Positions 24,686-36,400 of a DNA stretch of 64,000 bases are shown piece by piece. The position numbers were made by a program, and so were the translations under genes. How positions within the stretch are numbered: the stretch's first letter is position 1; the number at the start of each line of letters is the position of its first letter. The stretch is from Takakia lepidozioides (Eukaryota > Plantae > Bryophyta). The notes under the pieces were generated by a model. That model was not told the DNA's origin. It did not search any database and saw nothing but the letters and a program-made list of their open reading frames with translations. Location: contig CM060731.1 in assembly GCA_030704615.1 (NCBI GenBank), forward strand, positions 93,062,001 to 93,126,000, given 5' to 3'.

Positions 24686-25429
24686 GTAATTAGGACATTA
24701 GCAATCGTCCTTTCATTTTGTAAAGCAAGCTATATGCTGCCCAACAAGCTCCATTTTCTTCATGAAGCTCACAAAAACAAATATGAAAATACACACCTTT
24801 ACAACCATGGTGTACCTGCAGTTCTACTGCACATTCCTTGGCTCTAGGACGCCTAGTTGCTGCCCTTCCAGCCCCACTCTTGCCACTCCAAGAGCCCTTA
24901 CAGTGCTAGAGTTTCAGATTGAAACTTCAACTCAGCACATGCTTCACAAGTGCACTGATTTGCACACAGAGAGGGACCAGCCCCTTCTCTTCACTCATAC
25001 CTCTTCATGAGCTTGGAGGTGAAGCTCCCAATAGGCTGCGATGCATCCCCTCGCAGCTCCACCATTCGGCTGCTCCTCATCTACCCGCAACAACTAGTTT
25101 CGGGCAGAAATACCTGGAGCTGATCATATCATCTCCAACCTGCAACACGCTAGCTTCCCATGCGCAGCCCACATTCTTGCAGCTCCTTAACTCAGCCTGC
25201 AGCTGAAGAAGACGACCACCAGTTCACCCACTCGTGGCCAGCGTCTCCTCCGCTTCACAGTACAAGCCCAAACTTGGTTGCCATAGCGTTGAGCTATGCA
25301 ACGCCGCTCTTCAACATAGGCTACCCGCCTCTCTATCCATTGCAAACCTGCAACATGTTTGCCTTTGCACTCTATCCGCTTTGGATAGGCTCATGCACGA
25401 ATTCCTGCACTTTAGGCTGAACCGCTTTT

Positions 25430-25770
25430 CATGATCTGAAAACACAAGTGCTACAACTAACTCGAACCTGGCACTCACAGACTCGAGCTCATCTTTCTCG
25501 AGTTATAAAGAAAGGAATGATACAAGCACACAAGCACACAAGCTCTCTCAAACTCACACACTTGCACATGAAAACATCACTCATATATTAAGTCGAGCCA
25601 AGTGCACCCCACGCCATGGGGAATCCACACTACGGCGCCATAGCTAGATGCGGTGAGGCTCAACTCGAGAAAGATGAGCCCACCGCGATCTGCCGTGAAG
25701 ATAACAACGTTAGGTGCCCAAACATATATTGGTCCCTGGATTGACACTTGGGTCAATCCCAAATGTCAAT
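25430..25770 (-). mobile_element. Possible LTR-like remnant
   Basis: Composition resembles an LTR R/U5 region on the minus strand (TGTGTGAGTTTGAGAGAGCTTGTGTGCTTG); no partner LTR or PBS confirmed. Confidence 0.25.
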
Positions 25771-25959
25771 ATATAAAAGCTAGCTATTTCCTAGCTAACT
25801 TCACACTAGTGGTAAAATAACTTGACACAGCTAATACAAGTAGCCTGCTTTCCCTCCTATTCACCACGAGGGACACTTTGGCCCACATCTTCTCAACCTC
25901 TCTATGCTCACCCCCTCCGTCTTCTTCTCTCACAGCTCCCAGTGAGCTACTCTCACCCA

Positions 25960-26782
25960 TGCATGTCTCTCTCCCAACTCAGAAGTATCTAGAAGAGCCC
26001 TAGCAGCATCCAAAAGCAGCCTTGTTCCTCCCACATTGTCACACGTAGCAAAAAATCAAGCTCTCACTCTGTCTCTACTCCCTGCTCTATCTCCAAGGCC
26101 AGCCTTATGGACAAAGACTATGAAATGGACATCCGCCAGGACGACGGTATGGACGTCAGTGACATGCACCCGTCTGATGAACTCTTCTTTGCCGCGGAGA
26201 ATGCATACCAAGCCTGCTCCACGCAAAGCCCAGCAAAGGCCAGCACTGGGTAGGCTCCTGGTGCTCTTACAAGTGCGCCTTTAGTGGACCCCAAGACACT
26301 TCTGCAAGCTCGGGTGTCACCCCCTGTTGCACCCCACCTGCCCACAGAGATGCTCGCCATCAACACCCGTTCCAAATGCTCCGCGAGCGAATCCAACAGC
26401 GAAGCTGGAAGTAGTCACTCAGACTCGAAAAAATTGAAAGGCCTCACTACTCCAAGCTCCCCACTGCACAACGTTCCCTCAAGTTTGGCCACCATGCGGC
26501 GATTCTGGATGGGCTACCCCACCCTGGAGCAGCATGCTATTGACGCTGCATTACCCTTCATTACAGAAGACCGCTCCGGCTTCGAGCTCCAGCACATTGG
26601 GCTCTGCAGCTCCAAAATCGACGAAATGCATAACTGCCCCACAGCCTACCCGCACATCCTTCAGCTCCACTTCAGCTTCACTTCCCATCTGTGCGACCAG
26701 ATGGTCTTCATTCTTACGCAGCTACCCAAAGGCACCCCAATTGACCCAGTCTTTGGCCTCTCGGCCTCACCCCCGCACATTA
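25960..26782 (+). pseudogene. Second, truncated copy of the LINE-like ORF1 region
   Basis: DKDYEM...HPSDELFFAAENAYQA and ASESNSEAG...FELQHIGLCSSKI...LPKGTPIDPV...PPHI match 2200-2820. Confidence 0.8.
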
Positions 26783-26789
26783 TGCCAAA

Positions 26790-28520
26790 AGTACTAGGGT
26801 AGCTTGTGCCATTGGCCCAAGTATCCAGTGTCATCTAAGTCCAAGTCCAATCCCTCATGTATCCAAGAGTGTCCCATATGTCGATGCCCATGTATGAAGA
26901 ATTGAAATCGATATACTAAAATGAAGGTGGATGTTTGGTTAGTTACAAAGAAATGTGTGGTACATGAATGAACAACAAAATGAGCAACAATGTAATGTGA
27001 TTCAAAGATTGGAATTTGATGAAAGAGTTAGAAGTCTATATCAATATTTCTGTATGTACAATATTCATTGTTTTTGGTACATTTTGATCGGGGAGAAGGA
27101 CTGTCAACGAATTTGCTGATGTGGTCCGAGAGAGTGCCACATACAATTGACCATGAGAGAATACAGGTGTTCGAAGATCTAGTCTTCAATAAAAATTATT
27201 TCTCTCCATGGGGGCAGTGAACATTTCATAGTATGGTCTGTGTTGTTGAGCGCATATACAGTCATTTGAAAAATCAATTTATTTCAAATATATCAATTAA
27301 TTTTTTTTCATGCTATTTTTACAATCATCTAAGTCCAAGTGCAATCCCTATGTATCCAAGTGTGAAGGATTGAAATCTAAGCCCAAGTGCAATTTCTGCA
27401 GTTTGGGAGATCTCCACGTCATATTGTGCCAACAAAACCAACTTTGCTATTTTTGCAATCTCCCGTGTCGAGGCTTCATATATTGATATATCCACTTTGC
27501 TAGGGTAGCATGTGCCGTTGGCCTAAGTGTCCAGGGTCATCTAAACCCATGTGCAATCTCCTATGTATCCAAGTGCGTCTCCTATGTCGAGGCCCAAGTC
27601 GACCTCTACGGTAGCTTGTGCCGTTGGCCCATGTGTGAATAATTGAAATCTAAGACCAAGTGCAATTTCCTATGTATCCTAGTGCGTCTCCTATGTCGAG
27701 GCCCATCTAAGCCCAGTGTGCAATCTTTTATGTATCCAAGTGCATCTCCCGTGTAGATGCCCAAGTGTCCACTGTCATCTAAGACCAAGTGCAATTTATT
27801 ATGTATCCCAATGCGTCTCTTATGTTGAGGCCCAAGTGCGACCTCTAGTATAGCCTATGCCGTTGGCCCATGTGTGAAAAATTGAAATCGAAGCCCAAGT
27901 GCATCTCCCATGTAGAGGCCCAAGTGTGACCTCCAGTGTCCACTGCAATCCCCAATGTATCCAAAGACCTACAGTTTGGGAGATCTCTAAATCTAGAGGT
28001 CCTACAGTTTGGGAGCTCTAGGGTAGCTTGTGCCGTTGGTCCAAGTGTCCAGTGTCATCTAAGTCCAAGTGCAATCCCATATGTATCTAGAGACCCTCCT
28101 GTTTGGGAGATCTAGGCCTAGGGTAGCCTGTCCATTGGCCCATGTGTGAAGAATTGAAATCTAAGCCCAAGTGCAATCTCCTATGTATCCAAGTGCTCCT
28201 TCCATGTAGAGGCCCAAGTGCGACCTCCAGTGTCCAATGTCATTATCCCTTATGGATCCAGAGACCCTGCAGTTTGGGAGATGATCTCCACGTCATTATT
28301 CCAACAAAGCCCACTTTGCTATTTTTGCAATCTCCCCTGTCGAGGCTTCATATATTGATATCCACTTTGCTATTTTTGCGAATTTTCAGCGACCAAAAGC
28401 ACTTGAAATTCCAAATCTCCCACGTGAAGGGCCAATCAGTGCGCTAGGAAAACCCACTTTGCTATTTTTTGTGAATTTCCAGTGACCCAAAGTACTTGGA
28501 ATTCCACATCTCCCACACCG
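26790..28520. repeat. Degenerate modular satellite
   Basis: Recurrent modules CTAGGGTAGCTTGTGCCGTTGGCCC, CCAAGTGCAATCTCCTATGTATCC, CAGTTTGGGAGATCT and CCACTTTGCTATTTTTG in shuffled order. Confidence 0.85.
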
Positions 28521-28545
28521 CTGGTCCAGAATTCATGAGACCAAG

Positions 28546-28717
28546 ACAACCAGCATGTAGCCCAGTGGTAATGGGCACATACCACGTTGGATGTGATTGT
28601 GGGTTCAAACCACCGTCTGGTGTGTCATGAAGGTGTCCACCTTCCTGCTGGAAGGCAGTAGCCCTTCGGGATCAAGTGACACCATAAGTTATGCTCCCTT
28701 CGGGAGGCGTCGTACTT
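28546..28717 (+). mobile_element. tRNA-derived SINE (~172 bp)
   Basis: Pol III A box TAGCCCAGTGG (28558-28568) and B box GGTTCAAACC (~28602-28611); 14-bp TSD TTCATGAGACCAAG (28532-28545, 28718-28731); T-rich end. Confidence 0.85.
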
Positions 28718-30412
28718 TTCATGAGACCAAGCCGGTGCACCCCTCCTCATCGAGGGCTTTCTAACGGCACCAAGCACCCGCGCTAGGCTCGCGGTTTTGG
28801 GAGATCTCAACTACACTACAAAACAAAACAAACGTCTCGCTTCATATATTGATAGAAAAAAGTGTGGAAGATGGATGGTAGGACGGAGGCCGACCCTTGG
28901 ATGGGAGCGGACCGGTGGGCAGTATTGTGTCGATCGGACGGTCAGATCCGGCAATGGGACGGTGAGCCTGCAGAATCGGACGGTGAAGATGTGGATCATC
29001 GCCTGCATCTCGGGTCTGGCATCCTCCCCCCGAGACTGCCACCCCAACCGCGCAGTCAAATCTCGCGCGGCGGTGTCGCACGGTTCCGTCTGCGCGGTTG
29101 TGTCTTGTTGCGTCGAGGATATATGGGCAGCCATGAATCCATGAGCGTCATGCGTTTTGATTGATGCAACGTGGGTTTCTTCCTCCACAACACCATTTGG
29201 GGCTGAATTACTTGTCGTGAAGAGGGATTTCAAACCAGGAAGTAAACTAGGAAGGAAGCCGAGGGACCACGAAAGGGGGGTGAGAAAATAGAGGCGAGGG
29301 TCTGTGAAAGTGGGTACTGGAAGCCGAGAAGCTCAGATGCGTGGACACGGCAGAAGACGCTGGCGGTCTTGTCTCTCCTCGCTGCAAGTGGGTGATGTAC
29401 TTCGTTGGGTCGATCTGTTATCTATATGCATTGTTTGTTTTCTGGGTTCTTGGGTTGCTACTCTGGTTTTGGACTGTGCGTGAATTTTCAACCGCCTACT
29501 TACACGATAAAAATATTAATTAAGGTCTGCTTCATCTTGCCCACCTCTGCTTTATCTGTGATTTGTTGGATTATTTTGGTCTCCATTGCTTTAGGTTTCT
29601 CGACTTGAAATTGTTTGTCGTGGGGATTGAATCTTCAGCATTCGATTGTTGGTTTTGTGGGATAAGCTCCAATCGTCCTGCAGATGCCTTGGTATTCATG
29701 GGGTCATCAGTTACAACACCCAAATTGTCTGTAGTGATTATTTTCGGATTTCAAATCTTGAATTATGTGGGTCGTTGCTTTCTGTTAAAGAGTTGTTTAC
29801 CAACTCCTAAGGCATCCATACCGTCTGGATAACTTCACAAAGAATTGTCTTCAGTAAAGGACTAGGCCTGCTTCATCTTAATCCCATTTCAGGGGAATGT
29901 TAATTCTAGTAGGACCCATGTTGAATAGATCCACTGGTCTATAGTGTTTCCACAAATAAATCCACCATAGCCCAGAATTTTCATTGATTTCAGGTATAGG
30001 GTCCTCACCAAAGTGGACAGGCATTGGCATACTTCCCTGGTGCTTGTATATAGAAGCTGTAAACAAAAACTGCAAATTGTGATATTGTTTATTTAGTGTT
30101 TGAGTAAAGGATTCTTCATGCAAATTCATTGCATATCCCCCCTCCCCCTCTCTGTCTCTGTTTCTGGCTCTCTCTCTTCGCAGACTGCATGTCTCTCTTT
30201 CCAAATTTCTGGGTAGGTTCTCGAAGTTCATGTGGTTTGTGCAAAACTGGATGAAGGGCGTAGGAGCAGGAGCTGGACAAAGACACAAGAAAACACCTAG
30301 ACCACAACAGCAGGACTGCAGCTGAGAAAAGGTGGGCTCGGGCTCCGGAGGAAGCGAGGAAGGTGAGTGGAAAGGGGCAGGTGAGACAGATACAAAAGAA
30401 GTACAGATTATT

Positions 30413-33400
30413 ATGGGGACAGACAAAAGGAGAGGGCCAGAGAGTGCAGAATGGATGCAAGAGAGACAAGAGGACAGGAACATAGAGGCCAACCAGCAAG
30501 TAGGCACGGATGAGGAGGGAGAGCTTGATTTCCGTGCCCTTTGTCTACAGGAGGGCTGGCTCAATGAAGGAGATGAGTCAATTGAAGAGACAGCAGGTGA
30601 TGATGGAGGTAGATTGCAGAGAACTGTTGAAGTTGAGGGAAGAGCTGCTGAAGATCCGAGTGACGGTATGGATAGAGAGGGCACAACAGTTGCAGTTGGG
30701 GCAACAGTAAGTGTGAGTGATGAAGGAATTAATAAATCTGGCTATGAGTCTCAAAAGATCATCCAGGGAGCAATTCCAGACAGCTTGCCACAGGATCACA
30801 GGGTAAACATTGGCATTGCAGTTGGCATGGACTCTATTGTTAGCACCATAGACTATCAACCAATTGTGGTTAGGAGTGTAGAAAGTGTGGAAAGAGACAT
30901 AGTTGGGAGCTTTGAAAACGAGATGGACACTGTGAAACTTCTAGATACCACAGGGAAGAGCTTAATGATGACTGAAGCAAGCACAAAGATCGATGTAGCT
31001 GCAGGGAAGGGACCGGAGTCTGTTAGTGATCCTGAGGACAGAGTTAAGGCTGGCAGGGATGTTGACACTGCAGATGAAGCCACAAAGTATGCAAAGGTTT
31101 CCAAACCAGATTGGGTAGCTGATTTTGCACATGTAAAAAGTGTCGGAGAGGTAGATTTATGTTCGGGCCCTAAATCTCAAGTGGGTGAGGCTGGAGAGCC
31201 AGGTAGCACGGAGATCAGAAGTTCACAAGAGAATATGAAGTTCGTACCTGCAGAATGGAGTAGCATTCAATCGAGAGGGATGTATCCAGAAAGCGGACAA
31301 TTAGGGTTTGGCTATGTGGAAATGGAGGGGACATTAGAGGTGAACATTGTTGTGGAAGATGATGCTGAGGCAGGCTTGGCCGAGAATTATTTACGAAGGA
31401 TGAAAGAAGAAAGAATTGAGATGGACAGAAAGAGGGAGATGGGATTTAAGAGAGTCGGTATGACACTGCCAAGAACATCTAAAATAGTCACAACTACTGC
31501 CTTGAGGGAGGGGGTACCAGAACAGTTTCACAATGGGCACATGGAGGATGGACTGGGGAGCTTGGAAGTGGATATTGGTGAGGCAAGCTCAAGGCACAAG
31601 CCTGCAGGCATGGCAAAGCATGATGAGCATGAGATCACCTCTCATGTAGAGGAGAGAAAGTTGGAAGCTAGTGAAGTTAGTGCATCACAAACAGGGGGAC
31701 ACCAGTTCGGAACAATTGCTGTTACTGTGGCTGGGGATTCTGAAAATGCTGACATGAGTGGACATTATGGGAATGAAGAACTTGAGATCATTGGTTTAAG
31801 CCTACTTAAGGAACATCCAGGCAGGGATGTGAATGATGAAGATGAGATGAAGAGGATGGTTGGGGAAGGGAATGCGACAGTGATGGAAGCTGGCACAGCA
31901 CATTCAGATGAGAACAAATGGGAAGCAACTGCTATTCTTACAGAGGGGCGACAAACAGGATTAGAAAACCGTCCTTTGGAATCTGGACCTGGAAGCTTGA
32001 GTATCAACAATGGTGGTAATAGCTTGGGTGAGCAGTCTGCAGGTAGGGGTGTCAATAAAGAAGGTAAGATGGACAGTTCAGTAAGCAAGGATGTCGGGGG
32101 TCTGGATGAAGCCAGTTCCACGGGTATAAACACAGCTAGCATGGAAGTACATGCTGTCTTGGCAGATCAGGAACTGTCAGGAGTTGATCATGGCAAGATA
32201 GACTCAGGACTTTGGAGCAGTGAGATCACCACTGGGAACTTGAGCTTAATGAAAGGGAGGGGAGGCAAGGGTGAGGTTGAAATGGATGTCTATTTAGGGG
32301 AGGTGGCAGTGGAAGGAAAGGAGGTTGGCATGGCACCTGTGAATATGGTGTCTGTCGCCTCAATTCCAAGGGTTGAGCATGCAGGCAAAGGTGAGACCAG
32401 AGCAGAAGATGACAGTATGGGGGATGGTGAAATCAGGGAATATGTGATAGAAGGAGAGGATGAGGATGAGGAAGATGATGCCGATTTCAATCCGTATTTG
32501 CAGCGCTTGCCTTTTGGCGAGGCATTGTCTGCAGCCAGCTCTGAGGCAGAGGAAGAAGGTGAGGAGGTGGAGGATCAGGAAGACTTAGCGGTTGCTGGTG
32601 AGTACCATCACCTTACGAAGATCAAGCTCTCAGTTCAGTTTACATCTCTAGGCATTCTGTGGCGTGACACCCGAATTGTTCTGCAAGTCTATATTCCCTC
32701 AAACTCAGAAAAGTAAGAAGTTTCAAGGGGTTCAGCATCAGAATGTTTGTCTCCAGGCATGTTGTCCATATCTAGCTAATCCATCTTTTCTGTGCAGATG
32801 TAGGGCTTGACAAGGGAGGGGAGGATTTGGAGGGCGTTGAATTTGAAGATGATGATGGCTTCTTGGAACTTCAGAGTGACATAGATGAAGATGAGTTTGT
32901 TGATGACGAGGAAGATGAGGAAGAGGAAGATGAGGAGGAAGAAGAGGAGGAAGTGGTCACAGAGGGTGAAGGTGGCCAGGTTGGTTCATACCAGCATGGT
33001 TGGAATGATGAGGTTGACTTGGGAGAGATGGTGACGGAGGCAATGACAGAGGGACAAGGCCTGGATGGAGGCTTAGGAGCAGTCTGGTCCCAAGACTGCA
33101 ACAACGAGGGGCTGGATAGAAGAGAGAGGGAGAGGATTTCTTGTATTTTTGGGTATGGGGCAAACTTGCAGGAAAGAGTAGAGGAGGAGCTGATGATGGG
33201 GCATGCCTTGGAAGGACTACCCGAGCTTAGAAGCCCAAGAAGTGAGCGGCCATCTACGGAGAATGCACAGCCTAGTGGGAAAGAAGAACGGGGGTTGGTG
33301 GCAGATGCAATTTCCAAGCGCACACGTGCGCACTATTCCCTGGCTGATATGTCGCTCGACCAGCTTGAGACTTTCCTCCAGGAGTCAGACGAAGAAGATT

Positions 33401-36400
33401 ATTTTCAGAATGTGAATGACGAGGAAGAGTACCGCAAGTTTCTGGCAGCTGTGCAGGAGAAGATCGAGATGGGAAACAGTGAGAGCAAACAGGTGAGATC
33501 ACATGGACTCCTAGATATGCACCCAAGTCTACTTTAGGTAGTTGTTTCTTTGGGGCCTCTCTTTGTATTCTATGCCCTTCCACTTTCTGTCCTCCTCCAA
33601 ACTGGTCAAGGTCTGTGGCAAGCAACCACAGATGATAGATGTTTCTCTTTCTCTCCCCCTCTCTCCGCTCCCACACAGCTGACGATTCATTTTCTTGATG
33701 GGGTTCGTGGTAGGGGGCCAACTAGAAGATGACAAGGGGGTTTCAGGTTGCAATGATCTTGCAGTCTTGATGAGCTTGGATAGCTAAGGGATGGGTGAGT
33801 AAAAGCCGCTCAACAGTTTCCAAGTTTATGTCTGAAATAATGCCAACTTAAGTGGGGCCTGCTGGGAGTGAACCCCCTCCCTTTGCATTTGCTCGTAGAT
33901 CTTGAAAGCCTCCAAACCCCACCTAACCTTGGCATATCCTGCTATCATTATGGTCCACATAAACAAAGTTTGTTTAGGCATTTTTTCAAATTTGCTGAGC
34001 TCATTATGTATGCATTGTGAAATTGTCGTCTTCATTCTTGGAATTTGCATGATCCTTATCCAGGAGGATGCAGTGGAGGAGGAGGAAGAGAGTGAGGATG
34101 AAGATGCCGACTTTGAGGTTGAGCTTGAAGAAGCTTTAGAGAGCGATGTTGATGAAGGCACTGATGGAGAGGGTCGGAAAAGAAAGCGTGCTCGTAAACC
34201 AGAAACCAGGGAGAAACGGCGGCAAAGAGCAAAGCTGCAAAACAAAGTGCGGCTGCTGGGGCTTGCCAAGACTCCCCTCCGGCCACTACTGCCCTATGTC
34301 GGGGATTTGCCAGCAATTGCCTCTGTTGGAGAACGAAGCAAAATGATGGCTGACAGAGCAGGTAAAGTGGGGCCCTCAAGTGCTAAGAGACAACCTGCAG
34401 TCAATGGGTTTACTGCTCACCAAATTGGGCAGCTGTACTGCTTGATTCATGAACATGTGCAGCTGCTTGTGCAAGTATTTGCACTGTGTATCTTAGACCC
34501 AGCACGGCAGCAGGAAGCTATTGACACGCATCGAATGCTGATGGAACTAGCTGAGCAACGGGATTCTGTACTTTCCTGGAAAAAAACCGCGTTCCCTGAG
34601 TTCTGTTTCCAGATGCCCTATATCCACCCTTCTGCCACTGAGAATGAAGGGCTGCCTCTCCCCATCGAATCCCTTGCAAATGCTGCTCCTGGAGTGTCAT
34701 CTGTGCCAGCAAACAATGCAAGTCACTTTCCCAGTTTGTTATTGGGTCCAGGCTTGTCTGAGCAGCTTGTGGTTGATGGAAAAGCAACTTTCCTACCCAA
34801 TTCTTCCTTCCCTGAATCTCTCCTTTTAGGATCTCCATCTCGTTCGATGCTTCCACCAAGTTCTTCACTCCTAAGAAGAACCCCCCCCGGTCAAACTTCA
34901 CAGATATTGAGTACCAGTCAATCACCTGGTGTTGCACCCATCCCCTCTTCGCTACTTCCACTGCCTCAAGCTTCATCTTCTCAGGGTCCAAATTTCTTCT
35001 CTAAATCTACTGCGGAAGAACTTTGTCCTTTGAAGTGTGGCCATGAACAAGAATGTGCATCTTCAAGGGATGGTGGGGCAGCACCATTTGATTCTTTGCA
35101 AACAGTAGGGTGTTCCAATGTGATTCCTATGTGTATGGCTTCTAGATCAAAAACCTCTTGTTCTGATGCTGTCCTTAACACACCAGCTCATTTATTTTCA
35201 AGCTTTCCTCAAACCAAGTCAAAGGAAGCTATCCCTTTCATTGCCCCAAATCCGGTAGTTTTGCCCCCTTCATCATTTATATCGGCAACACCAGTATCTG
35301 AATGGGTGCCCGTGACATCTGGTCCAGTTCGATCACTTCTGGATGTGGCTCCGCTTGCTCTTGTTAGAGAGTTTCTGGGAGACATCTCTCAAGGTATGCC
35401 CCTTTCCACAAAAGAAATCTCTCTCTCTGTCTTTGTTGTGGTTCTCCCATGTAATTCTACTTGTGTTCCCGGCTTCTGGCAGACAGAATAAGTTCCTTTT
35501 TTTTCTTTCTCTTGGAGTGCCTGTATGAGGCAGTTTGCCTTTGTGCATCATTTGAGGTTTGAGTTGTTCCTCAATGTCCGCGGTCCAATGTTGGTTGCTA
35601 TGGTGTTACACTTGTGACGTGATGCAAATTTGTAAGATGTTCTGTCCTTTATTTTTTTCTCTCTGGGACTGATGTGGTAAGTTTTCTCTCTCTCAATGGA
35701 CTGGATTGCTTCTTCTTCGGGAAGTGGTACATTTTTCCTCTCTTTGCTTGCAGACATGCAATGATCACCAAACCCAATCTTAAACCCAGATGTGGAATGA
35801 GAACGGTAGGTCCGGCTGCTCCAGGAGAGCTAACTGATAAAGTACTATACCAGTCCTGCCAGTCGTCCCGAGGTTGAAGCTTAATTTGAGAACGAGCTGA
35901 TCACCTGTGAATAGTAAGCTCACCCAGTTGGGCACTTGAGGAACACACCTATCCAATTTTGGGGTATGATGTTGAGAAGCGTCCATTTTGGCAGTGCAGT
36001 GGTTTGAGGCTCTTGATGCGGCAACCTTTGGATCTCCTTGGGTCTTTGGAGAGAGAGTCAAAAGACATTTAGTACGAGCATTCTAGAAGAAATGTGGAAG
36101 GTCAGAACCATCCCGTATTATGACGGTAAGTCTTACTGCTGGAGTGGGGCTCCAGTGATGATAATTGAGGCCTCCTGTGGCCCTTCCTGCCTTTCCTCTC
36201 TCCCTTTGTCCGCTAATCCAACCGAGCATGGCTCTGTGAGTGGGCTATTAGTGAAAATTCACAACCATCTCCAGAGGTCCACCCAATAATGGGCTTGAAG
36301 GTGGCTATGGCTACCCAAGGGCCAGGGAAACTGATGATAATTACCTTCCACTCTTGGCAGTTGTACAGGACTACAGGCAACAGCATGTGGAGAATCGGGT

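Noticed and set aside
25804-25811. CACTAGTG as the partner end of the 13712 CACTA terminus
   Set aside because: Flanking bases do not match the TIR and no ATA TSD follows.
28553-28625. Functional tRNA gene
   Set aside because: No complete cloverleaf; flanked by a TSD, so called a SINE.
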